A stretch of 64,000 bases of DNA from the human T2T-CHM13v2.0 reference genome, Homo sapiens: assembly GCF_009914755.1 (NCBI RefSeq), contig NC_060936.1. One strand, given 5' to 3'. Position 1 is the first letter of the stretch. The number at the start of each line of letters is the position of its first letter. Under the pieces are notes generated by a model. The model saw only the letters and a list, made by a program, of their open reading frames with translations. It searched no databases and was not told the DNA's origin. Shown here in pieces: positions 26,831-39,061 of this stretch. The position numbers and the translations under genes were made by a program.

Positions 26831-29075
26831 GACAGGTCATGGAGTCTGAGAGGGGCTTTAAAGGGAACTACATGGAGCTGCGGGACTCAGCGGTCCTGGA
26901 GTCACAGAGACCTGGCTTTGACCCCAGCTCCACCACTCCCGGCTCTGTGTCCGTGGGAAGGTTATTTAACCTCAGCACACCTGCTTCCCACTGTGACATG
27001 GGGACAGTGAGATCGCCCATGTGTCTCAGGTACTTCTGGCTGTGAGAAACAGGGCCCTCTGCTTAGCGGACTTAGACTTCAGGCCATGTACTCGCTTCAG
27101 GCAACAAGAGGCCCAGAGGCGGGAATCCTAGGAGTCACTAACTCAGTCTTCACTCACAGCAGGGGCTGGATAGGCACCGCCACAATTCTCTCGGCACTCG
27201 GCCCTTTTCTCGCCCAGCTGCAGGCCCCCAGCACCCTCGCCTTACCCTGGCACGTCCAGGAGGGAAAGAACGGGTCGGGAGACTCCCTCCTCGTCAGGGG
27301 GAAATCTTTCCCATGGTTCCCTTTGCTGAGACACCCCCTCACATCTCAGTGGCCAGAGCTGGGCCACATGACCACACCTGGGCCAATCACTAACCAAGGG
27401 GAGTGGGATTAGCAACCAGCTCAGCCAATCATGAAGGAGCTCTAGGGTGGGGCCAAGGCTGCCCAGTGTGGGAGCGCTTCCGGGCTCCGAAGGGAAGGAC
27501 CCGCGGGGTGTTGGGTGGAAAGAGCGGGTATAGACAAGCTGGAAGGTCCTTATGCATGTATGCACAGGACCGGGCGTGAGGCCCCGAGACAGGGCTTGGT
27601 ATGCAGTAAGTGCTTTATTAATACGAACACTCTTGTTTTTGTTGAGATGGGCTACAAGGGGTGACTGTGGCAGGCGGTGCCTTCTATGCAGTTAGCACTT
27701 AGTAAACACTCACACTCCGGGCACTAGTGCCCTGCCTGTAGCTAAGGTATGCAGTCGGGGCTTCATGCCCACTTGGCACTGGCACCCTCCCCTCTAGCCG
27801 TGGTACACAGTCGGCGCTCAATAAACACCCACTCTGGGCACGGGCGCCCTCCCGTCTGACTAGCCATGGGTACCCTGCAGCATCCTCAGGAATGTGCAGC
27901 AGACACTTAGCAGGCTCCCTCTGTGTTTCCGGGTGTCTAGGGAAGGAGGGAGTCCGAGTGAGGATAAATTAATTAGACGAATGTTGATTAAACACCTACT
28001 TGTGGGTGGGTTGCTTCATTAATTATAAAATGGATGGCTTAATGAGCCACAGTTGCATGCTCATGAGTGGGTTCACTGATGACTTTATTAATTAAGCACA
28101 TTGTGCAGCCTCCGCTCTCTGCCAGATGCTGGGCTTGGTGCTGGGGATGTGTGATGGATGTGCCGGGCATTGCCCCTGCCCTCGTGGGGCTTGTGGCCAG
28201 GGGCATGTCCAGTTAGCTGGAAAGCTGCCTGTGGGATGCTGGTCCTAAAGGTCACTCCTCAGAACCTTCTAGAAGTGTGTGTCCTGCCCTAGGGCAGGCC
28301 GGAGCCACTGTGGCCCACCGCCTGCCTGGCTCTGTGATCTCTTCATCACGGGCTAGAAGGGTCTGTCTCGCACCTGACACTGCAGTGGCAGCAGTTAGCC
28401 GTGTCATTGTGGCCCACACCACCCAGCAGGTCCCTGAACTGAGTGTGATAGGGTGTGGCCAGGCTGGCAGGTCTGTGGGAAGAGTTGGTGGTGGGGCTGG
28501 CAGGAGTGAGACAGGGACAAAGTAGGACAAGCAGAACTTGGGGCCAAGGCCAGACAGGCACGCACCCCAGAAAAGGCCAGGCAGGGCTGCCCTCTGCGGA
28601 GCCCAGGTGTGGGGGCTGGGGTTGTTGGGTGGGGATGGCGTATGCGCAGTGAGGTGGGTGGAGGCCAAGGCAGCTCCGTATCCTTATTGGCTGTCTGGTT
28701 TGCAACACAAGGCAATGCAGGTCTACACAGGAAACACTTTCTTTTTAAGCTTGGTCACTTTTACTTTCCTTGCTGCTTTTCTTCCTTCTCTCCCTCAGCT
28801 ATACCTGAGAGTCAGAGGTTGCAAACTCATGTGGCTTCAGGGGCCAAAGGAAATGGATGGCATGGGCCAGACAGAGCAACAGTGGGGAGTAGAGAGAGGT
28901 AGTGGCAGCCTGAATGCACCGCCTCCTCTGCAGCCAGCAGTTGCTAGCAACTCAAGGCCACCTGTCTGTAACCGTTAGGGTGACTGATTCTGATTTTGCA
29001 AGAAAAACCCCAGACCTGGATTTTTAAAATGGAACATCTCCCAATTTTAAGAAATGGGCAGTGAACTGAAATCTT

Positions 29076-31564
29076 TTTTTTTTTCAACCTGTTTTATTTT
29101 ATTTTTTTTAATTTTTTATTGATCATTCTTGGGTGTTTCTCGCAGAGGGGGATTTGGCAGGGTCATAGGACAATAGTGGAGGGAAGGTCAGCAGATAAAC
29201 AAGTGAACAAAGAAACAAGTGAACAAAGGTCTCTGGTTTTCCTAGGCAGAGGACCCTGCGGCCTTCCGCAGTGTTTGTGTCCCTGATTACTTGAGATTAG
29301 GGAGTGGTGATGACTCTTAACGAGCATGCTGCCTTCAAGCATCTGTTTAACAAAGCACATCTTGCACCGCCCTTAATCCATTTAACCCTGAGTGGACACA
29401 GCACATGTTTCAGAGAGCACAGGTTTGGGGGTAAGGTCATAGATCAACAGGATCCCAAGGTAGAAGAATTTTTCTTAGTACAGAACAAAATGAAAAGTCT
29501 CCCATGTCTACTTCTTTCTACACAGACACGGCAACCATCTGATTTCTCAATCTTTTCCCCACCTTTCCCCCTTTCTATTCCACAAAGCCGCGATTGTCAT
29601 CCTGGCCCGTTCTCAATGAGCTGTTGGGTACACCTCCCAGACGGGGTGGTGGCCGGGCAGAGGGGCTCCTCACTTCCCAGTAGGGGCGGCCGGGCAGAGG
29701 CGCCCCTCACCTCCTGGACGGGGCGGCTGGCCGGGCGGGGGGCTGACCCCCCACCTCCCTCCCGGACGGGGCGGCTGGCCGGGTAGAGGGGCTCCTCACT
29801 TCCCAGTAGGGGCGGCCGGGCAGAGGCGCCCCTCACCTCCTGGACGGGGCGGCTGGCCGGGCGGGGGGCTGACCCTCCACCTCCCTCCCGGACGGGGCGG
29901 CTGGCCGGGCAGAGGGGCTCCTCACTTCCCAGTAGGGGCGGCCGGGCAGAGGCGCCCCTCACCTCCCGGACGAGGCGGCTGGCCGGGCGGGGGGCTGACC
30001 CCCCCACCTCCCTCCCAGACGGGGCGGCTGGCCGGGCGGGGGGCTGACCCCCCCACCACCCTCCCGGACGGGGTGGCTGGCCGGGCAGAGGGGCTCCTCA
30101 CTTCCCAGTAGGGGTGGCCGGGCAGAGGCGCCCCTCACCTCCCGGACGGGGCGGCTGGCCGGGCGGGGGGCTGACCCCCCCACCTCCCTCCCGGACGGGG
30201 TGGCTGGCCGGGCAGAGGGGCTCCTCACTTCCCAGTAGGGGCGGCCGGGCAGAGGAGCCCCTCACCTCCCGGACGGGGTGGCTGGCCGGGTGGGGGGCTG
30301 ACCCCCCAACCTCCCTCCCGGATGGGGCGGCTGGCCAGGCGGGGGGCTGACCCCCCCACCTCCCTCCCGGACGGGGCGGCTGGCCAGGCAGAGGGGCTCC
30401 TCACTTCCCAGTAGGGGCGGCCGGGCAGAGGCGCCCCTCACCTCCTGGACGGGGCGGCTGGCCGGGCGGGGGGCTGATCCCCCACCTCCCTCCCGGACGG
30501 GGCGGCTTGCCGGGCGGGGGGCTGACCCCCCCCCCCGGACGGGGCAGCTGGCCGGGCAGAGGGGCTCCTCACTTCCCAGTAGGGGCGGCTGGGCAGAGGC
30601 GCCCGTCACCTCCCGGACGGGGCAGCTGGCCTGGCGGGGGCTGACCCCCACCTCCCTCCCGGACGGGGTGGCTGCCGGGCGGAGACGCTCCTCACTTCCC
30701 AGACGGGGTGGCTGCCGGGCGGAGGGGCTCCTCACTTCTCAGACGGGGCGGCTGCCGGGCGGAGGGGCTCCTCACTTCTCAGACGGGGCGGTTGCCAGGC
30801 GGAGGGTCTCCTCACTTCTCAGACGGGGCGGCTGGGCAGAGACGCTCCTCACCTCCCAGATGGGGTCACAGCCGAGCAGAGGCGCTCCTCACATCCCAGA
30901 CGGGGCGGCGGGGCAAAGGCGCTCCCCACATCTCAGACGATGGGCAGCCGGGCAGAGACACTCCTCGCTTCCTAGATGGGATGGCGGCCGGGAAGAGGCG
31001 CTCCTCATTTCCTAGACGGGATGGCGGCCGGGCAGAGACGCTCCTCACTTTCCAGACTGGGCAGCCAGGCAGAGGGGCTCCTCACATCCCAGACGATGGG
31101 CGGCCAGGCAGAGACGCTCCTCACTTCCCAGACGGGGTGGCGGCCGGGCAGAGGCTGCAATCTCGGCACTTTGGGAGGCCAAGGCAGGCGGCTGGGAGGT
31201 GGAGGTTGTAGCTAGCCCAGATCACGCCACTGCACTCCAGCCTGGGCACCATTGAGCACTGAGTGAACCAGACACCGTCTGCAATCCCCGCACCTCCGGA
31301 GGCTGAGGCTGGCGGATCACTCGCGGTTAGGAGCTGGAGACCAGCCTGGCCAACACAGCGAAACCCCGTCTCCACCAAAAAAAAACGAAAACCAGTCAGG
31401 CATGGCAGGCTGAGGCAGGAGAATCAGGCAGGGAGGTTGCAGTGAGCCGAGATGGCAGCAGTACAGTCCAGCTTCGGCTCGGCATCAGAGGGAGACTGTG
31501 GAAAGAGAGGGAGAGGGAGACCGTGGGGAGAGGGAGGGGGAGGGGGAGAGGGAGAGGGAGAGCA
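29076..31564 (-). mobile_element. Full-length SVA retrotransposon (D-like), antisense to ADGRD1
   Basis: On + strand: poly-T, SINE-R (29120-29630), GC-rich VNTR (~29630-31150), Alu-like domain, (GGGAGA)n hexamer (~31505-31562); TSD GAAATCTT at 29068-29075 and 31565-31572; L1 endonuclease-like site TCTT/AA. Confidence 0.97.
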
Positions 31565-31733
31565 GAAATCTTAAATGAAATTATGTGCAGACCAAATACA
31601 AGACATCTACGAGGCAGGCTCAGCCTGTGTGCCATCCCTGTGGGACCCCTGGTGTAGACCTGTTTTGGGGTATCTGGCTGGGGACCCTGGGGATGAGTCA
31701 TGCAGATTTACCCAAAACCCCAGTGATCTCTGA

Positions 31734-32101
<368 letters not shown>

Positions 32102-32189
32102 CCATTCTACAAGTTTCCATGGTGTCCTGGCTTCTCACCTGTCCACTAGCAGCTGGACGGGAAAATGGCAAGGGGTCATTTCCTGTACT

Positions 32190-32482
32190 GTACCGTGAGG
32201 CAGTGATTAGCTACGTGTGGCTCGTCCAACTAGAGATGTGCTGTGAGTGTAAGATGCACACTGGATTTCTAAAACTTTGTGCAAAGAAAAGGGAAATATC
32301 TAATTAGTAATTTCATATGGATTCTGTGTTGAAATGACAATATTTTAGGTTTTTGAGCTAAGTAAAAATACATTATGAAAATTAGTTTCACCTTTTTTAT
32401 TCTACTTCTTAAAAATGTGCTTGCTGCTAGAAAATTTAAAATGATAGATGTGGCCCATATTATGTTTCTGTGTGATAGACTG
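32190..32482. mobile_element. MER33-like hAT-Charlie element
   Basis: agctacgtgtggct...gagatgtgctgtgagtgtaa...tagaaaatttaaaat...atgtggcccatattatgtttct. Confidence 0.7.
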
Positions 32483-32490
32483 CTCTGGAT

Positions 32491-32701
32491 CAAGAGTCGG
32501 CAAACTATGGCCCTCGAGCCAAATCTGGCCCGTTGCTTGCTTTTGGAAATAAAGTTTTATTCATGCATGCCCATTTGTTTGCATATTGTCTGTGGCTGCT
32601 TTTGCACTGCCATGGCAGAGTTGAGTGTTTGTGACACAGGGCGTGACCCATGAGGCCTGACCTCGTTCCTGTGTGACACTTTAAGAAGTTTGCTGCCCCT
32701 G
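32491..32701. mobile_element. MER58A-like hAT-Charlie MITE
   Basis: TIRs caagagtcggcaaac...gtttgctgcccctg; aaataaagttttatt internal motif. Confidence 0.75.
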
Positions 32702-33719
32702 CTCCGGCTCAGTGAAGACAGGATGGTGATTATTCCCTATTTCATTAATTCTTAAGGCCTTGCACTCTAAGGTCTCAAAAAGCATTTATCTCATAAAGAT
32801 AAACAAATGCATGATGAGTTTTGATGATGTGCTCTAAGAATTTAGTGTCTCAGAGTGTGAGGAAGAACGTGAGTATTCTGGAGATGGCGGTTTGGTGGAA
32901 ATATGGGAGAGTTCGGTCAGCCTCTAAGTTTAATTCTGATGCTGATAGTTGGAGACAAACAGTTAAGACTGTGTGTGAATAATGCAGATGAGTGAAACGG
33001 ACATGAGCGTATGAGGCAGTGGGGATGGCGGGGTCTGGAGTGGGCTGGGGACACATCCACTAAGCCAGTGCCGCTCAGCTGTGGTCAATTATGGTTTTAT
33101 GGGAATGTGGGCTAAGGGGTGTCCAAGAGTCTGCTTTTTTAAAACGAAGTAGAAAATTCACGTTTTCATTTAAGTCTCCTGATTAGGAAACAGTAGAAAT
33201 TAATTTCATTGTTTCCTTAGAATAATAGTGAGCCGAACCAAACATGGTTTTAAGGTGACCTGACCAAGGGCCTGAGTAGCTTCTGCTTTCTAGAGAGGTC
33301 ATTTTCAGTGAACACGAGTGCTTCCACGTCAGTTTGGTTTCTCGCCCCAAGAAAAGCGCATCCAGCAGGTCATGATTTTCCCACACGTCTCTCCACTCCA
33401 CGGGCTTTCACTGAGGGCCTGCCGTGTCCCCCAGGCGCTGTGCTAGGGCCCCTGCCGTCACTGAGCAGTGTTCATTCTGACGTTCCGGTGCTGGTCACTG
33501 ACTCGACAGGGCTGCCACAGGAGCAAATAAGATAACGTCCATAAAAGGGCTTCGTAACATATCATGTGGTCCATGACTCAGCTATTTTTGTTGACTGCCG
33601 TGCATAAAACTGAACTGGTGGTTGATAGAGACCCATTGGAAGATGCGGGGAAAACTGAAGGTCTTCAAGTTTGTTGCCTAAGGACAGGTGCTGAGCAGTG
33701 TCATTTTGTCCACCTTTAG

Positions 33720-33779
33720 ACCTTCTTAAAAGCCGTGGGAGAGATCCTTCTACTGCCTGGTTGGATTGCTCTGTCAGAG
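33720..33779 (+). CDS. ADGRD1: ADGRD1 coding exon (~exon 9), [24 protein letters not shown] region
   Basis: cacctttag acceptor, GAG|gtaaga donor, 60 nt, phase 0-0. Confidence 0.95.
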
Positions 33780-33796
33780 GTAAGAGAAAAGAACAT

Positions 33797-34131
<335 letters not shown>

Positions 34132-34887
34132 TCAAAACGTATGTGCCTCGGGAACCATTTTGTCTTCCTAGAAGTGGCATAATATGGCCCAGTCACATCC
34201 ACAAAAAGAATGATGTATCTCCCAGTCCTGACATCTGGGATATAAGAGCTCATTTTGAGTAGACATGCAACTGATTCAGAATGCCTTGTCCTCTAAGGCA
34301 AAAGAAATGCACGTGTGTCAGTAATGTGTTACTGTCCTAAACATGGAAGAAGGAAATGATGGTTTTTTCCCCATGAGAAATGTGTACTTGGTTCATCCTG
34401 GTCATTTCATGTAATATGTATTTTTTTTTTCTTTACCATCCCATCATTCTTGAATGACAATAGAAAGCTTTTTATGTTAAAAGTCACTGGATTTAGTAAG
34501 AAAAAGGAGAATACATGACAATATGTACTTCATGATTAAGGTGCAGAAAAAAAGCTTCTCTTGTTCTCTTTACTCAAAATAGCTAGAAAGGAGAATGAAA
34601 TAATTTTTCCTATATTTCTGAAAATAACTTGATTGTACTTATTTAAAAAGAAAACAAATAAATAGTTGTGGAGAAGTTAGAAAATGCAGATAATAAAAAA
34701 CAAAATAAAAATCACTTCAAATCCTAAAACTGAGATTATTAACATTCTTGTATATTTCCTTATAGTCTAGTTTTCAATTCACTTATATATGTATTCAACA
34801 GATATACTGTATATTTGACTTAATTTGTTTTTCCTTAATTATGTCAATAACACTTTCCAATGATACTAAGTATTCACCTGCAACACT

Positions 34888-35160
34888 GTATTAGTCAGGA
34901 CAGGCCAGGGTGCACTGCAGTAACAAATAGATCCCTACATCTCAGTGGCTCAGCACAGTAGAAATTTACTTCTCTGCCATGCAAAGTCCAGAGTGAGTCA
35001 GAGGAGCCTCTTCTCCACCCAGATACTCAGGGATCCTGGCTCCATCTGTCTTCCGGTGCTGGCTTCTCAATATGTGGTTTCCAAGGTTGCCAGGCAGGGG
35101 CAGAGAAGGGTGAGGAGGACTCTTAACTGCCTTGGCCCAGAAGGGTCCCAACCACACCAC
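34888..35160. mobile_element. MaLR LTR fragment (old MLT1 type)
   Basis: tgtattagtcaggacagg...tgcagtaacaaa...tctcagtggc...tttacttctc. Confidence 0.65.
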
Positions 35161-36521
35161 CATGATATTAAAGTGCTCATTCTCCTAAGCCCTGATAATA
35201 TTTGAAAATGTTTGCCAGTTTGAGGGCAGAAGTGGCATTTTATTCTCTCATTATTAATAAGATTGCGTTAGAGTTTACATTTGATAAACTTTTGTTTGAA
35301 TAATTTCAAGTGGAATGAGATTAGGTTTAACAGTGGCAAAGGGAGAAAAAAAGGCTCAAGAATGTAAGATGGATACAGTCTTACCTAGAAAACAATTCCT
35401 TTTTAAAAGGTTTGACCTCTTTCATGATTTCAAGGGGACTTTGTGTCCAAAGCTGCAGGCTGGGAACACCCAGAGGACAGCCAATGGAAGTATCCAGGCA
35501 GACGTATTTTGTGCATGATTTTAATTAACTGCTTTTGAATGCAAAATATGCAAATCTGTTACAAAATATGAATAACCAGGAAACTGTCCAGACTCAGGCA
35601 GGGTCCAATATGCATTAAAGAGAATGCATGAATCGGTCTCTACCCCACAGAACTGCATGCCAGAAACACAGACTTCCATGTGCTTAACTGGGCCTGGTGA
35701 CTGAAATCAGGCTATGGGCCTAAAAGCAAATATCTAAAATTGGCCTCAGCATTCTATTTCCAGCTCATGAGGCTCTTCTGAAGTGCGTGTTTGTGGGAGA
35801 ATGCTGAGGACTTAGCAGCAGGCAGGTGCTTCCCCAGAAAGGCAGGAAGAGAAGCAGTGAAGGCAGAGCTCACTGGCCCAGCTCAGCAGGGCTTAAGAGA
35901 GGCCTCTCCCCTGGTGATGTGTGTCTGAGGATGAGGGCCCCCTGCTTTCTTGGGGGCAGTGTCTACCAGGATCCTCTGCTCTGGAACTCAGAAAGGAAAG
36001 AGGGCTCTTGGAGTAGAAGGCAAGCTCCTGGGAAGTCAAGGCAGCCAGAGATAGCTCTGGGTGCCGGCACCTCGGAAGCAGCCACCCTTCATGGAGAAGG
36101 GGACAGAGCTGCTGGTGTCCCCATCCCAGAGTGGACCTGGGGGCGATCAGCCCCTCCTCGTGAAGCACAGGGAGGTAGGGGGAGGGTCTGGGATGTGCTG
36201 AGGGTCCCTCTGTGAGTTCAGGGAGGAGGCAGGACCAGGAGTTGGGTCCCCTCAGTCCCCGTGTCTAAGTGTAGAAATGCAGGAGCCGGCGATGGCTGGG
36301 GTGATGGGTCCACCTGGGCTGTGTCCATGCTCCGTGAGCTCAGTCGGGTGTGTGGCCTCCGTGTGGTCCCCTCCTGATCCATGGGAAGGGGCAGTTGTGT
36401 GACTTCTTCCTCCCTCGTGGCCAACGTGGGGAAACTTGATTTTGTGTGCCTGGTGCACCTGCCTGGTGCCCTGGCTGAGTGGGGTGGATTTTCATGGCTC
36501 CTGGTGCTTGTGTTGCTGCAG

Positions 36522-36639
36522 GACAGCGCCGTGGTACTGAGTCTCATCGACACTATTGACACCGTCATGGGCCATGTATCCTCCAACCTGCACGGCAGCA
36601 CGCCCCAGGTCACCGTGGAGGGCTCCTCTGCCATGGCAG
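36522..36639 (+). CDS. ADGRD1: ADGRD1 coding exon (~exon 10), [10 protein letters not shown]...EGSSAMA
   Basis: ttgctgcag acceptor, GCAG|gtagct donor, 118 nt, phase 0-1. Confidence 0.95.
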
Positions 36640-37522
36640 GTAGCTGTCGCTTGTAAGGGTGAGCCACATGGCAGGGGCGGGGGCTGGAGGCTGCGTTTCA
36701 CTGCCTGTCTTTTTACACCCTTAGCAGAGAGCCATGCTCTGTCTCCCTGACTGCTCTGCCTGGCACAAACCACATTTGGAAGGAAAACCCGTGGTCAGAT
36801 GAGGGCAGGTGTGTTCGGCCATGATATGCAGATGGGGCCCATAAGCTTTTCCCAGTGACTTGGGAGCCAAGCTCCTGCCCTGGGATGATGGTCTCGGTTC
36901 AGAGCAGGAGGCAGAAGCAGCAGTGCCTGCAAGAGTCTGTGGAATAAAAGGGGTGGCCTCGGGTTTCTGGCGTCAGCTTGCTCTCAACTGGGCTCCAGGG
37001 TAATTGTCACAGTTGTCTAATTGTAGAGGCAGAGGTGATGACCTTTCGATTTTAAAAGTCTTTACCAGGAGTGCATTATCCTGCTGATACTTCGCTGCAA
37101 GAGCCGAGCTGGGGAAAATGGGCTGAAGCTACAGGGGTTAGTTTAGTCGCAGTTTGTTGGCCGTGTTGCCCTCGCCTGCTGCGCTTGGGGAGGAGCCGAT
37201 GTCACCGCATCGCTGAGCACAGCCCATCCTTGCACCGGCCTTGAGAGCTGGGGGCTGTGCTGGGGCGGAGGGCGCCCCAGGTGAGGAGCCGCGCGCCCGT
37301 GGGCCGGAATGCTGAGCCTCCCCGTGGCAGTCACTGCCTGGGCTCTTCATTGCTTTATCCTTTTTTTTTTTTTTTTTGAGGCCATGCTTTCTAAAGGTAA
37401 TTATACTTCCCGTGGGGAGCTTGTCCTGTCAAAAAAGAAAAGCAGACGGGGTTTTGCAGTCTGATTTCCTGCAGCCTGTGAGCTCTGACGGGACTTCCGC
37501 TCTCTCGCTCCTTCCACCGCAG

Positions 37523-37633
37523 AGTTTTCCGTGGCCAAAATCCTGCCCAAGACCGTGAATTCCTCCCATTACCGCTTCCCGGCCCACGGGCAGAGCTTCA
37601 TCCAGATCCCCCACGAGGCCTTCCACAGGCACG
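37523..37633 (+). CDS. ADGRD1: ADGRD1 coding exon (~exon 11), [10 protein letters not shown]...EAFHRH
   Basis: cttccaccgcag acceptor, CACG|gtgagt donor, 111 nt, phase 1-1. Confidence 0.95.
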
Positions 37634-38955
37634 GTGAGTGTGGCTGCGCTGGACTCCCTTCCGGGGCGGCTCCCTCAAGTCTTTCTGAAGAGTCCCCAAG
37701 CTTTGCTGGGTGCCCACCGCGCCAGGGAGCTGCGGTGCTCCCCCGGGCCGCCTGCGGTGCTCCCCCGGACTGCCTGTCCTGTCCTGCAGGAGAGGGACTG
37801 TGGGCAGCCGTTCTCAAAGCGTGTCCTCAGGCCACCCTCATGGACACGCTTGAGAGGTTCCTTAGTGATGCTAATGCTGTGCCCACTCCAGGCCACTGAA
37901 CTGGAATTTGGGGTGGGGTCTGGGAGCATCTCAACCTGCTCGCCTGGGGAATCCGGCCCACTGGGAAGTCATCCTACCTACATCCTCCTAAATCGGCACA
38001 CACCTGGTCAGCCGAAGATAAAAAGATGGGGCCACCTCCCCTTCCTGCTCAGGTAGCTGTGGGCCAGGTGAGGGGTTCATCTGTTCAGGAACCTGGGGTT
38101 CCACTCCTGTGCAGGCCTCAGTCGAGTCACATAATAAAAAATGAGAGGCTCAGGGGACCCCCTGCCTCTGACCAGGGAGCCCTGTTGGGAGCCCAGATGG
38201 CCCTGGCTATTTTTTGCTACAATGACCGTCACCCTCTCTGGTTCCTGGAAAAGCGAATATGACTCTGCAGACATCTCCTTCCTCTCCTTCCCTCCCTGGG
38301 GACCTCGGGCAAGCAGGGGAGAGCCTCAGATTTTTGCCCCTGCCACCCTGGCCAGAGGCCACGCCCCCTTCCCAGGGTTCTGCCTTAGGGATGGGGACCA
38401 GGACAGCCCTCATCAGACATCTCTCTCTGCAGTGGGGAGCCTGTCTCTGCACCCACCACCATCTTGATTGTCTGTGGGAAAGGTGCCCCGACTGGTTCTC
38501 TGCCCTGTCCTCAACTAGCATGATGTCAGGTGTGCCCTGCTCCTAGGGCAGAGGCAGGGATGTCCCTACCCCAGAAGCCAAGGGAAGGGCCCAGGGACGA
38601 TGCCACCTTCCTCCAGCATCAGCAGGGAGGGCCCAGGGATGGTGCCGACATCTACCAGCATCTCCTGGCCGCATGATCTGCTGGGAGTGCCCTGATTTCC
38701 AATCCTGGCAGAGCCGTGGCCGAGCCATGGAGTGAAATAGCAAAAGCACATGTGACCCTGCTTCATGGCTGGTTATAATAGAGGTGTGGCCAGGTGAAGG
38801 CATACAGACTTCCCAGTGGCTGCTGCCCCCTTGAAAACCTGCATTCTGCCTCACTCAGTGTTGCCCTAAATCCTCTGCGTGTGGAGGGCAGACGGGATGC
38901 ACTCGTGGGGCAAGGCTGGAGGCTGGCACTGCCCCCTGTTGACTTGCAGGAGCTG

Positions 38956-39061
38956 TCTCCCTGCAGGGGCTCTGAGACTGTGTGATGCCCTGGGTGAGCC
39001 TGGCTCTCCCTGCAGGGGCTCTGAGACCGTGTGATGCCCTGGGTGAGCCTGGCCCTCCCTG
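38956..39061. repeat. 49-bp tandem duplication (2 copies)
   Basis: tctccctgcaggggctctgagac(t/c)gtgtgatgccctgggtgagcctggc x2, 1 mismatch. Confidence 0.95.

Noticed and set aside
29304-31701. Multiple Gly/Arg/Pro-rich ORFs
   Set aside because: SVA VNTR, SINE-R and Alu-like translations, not genes.
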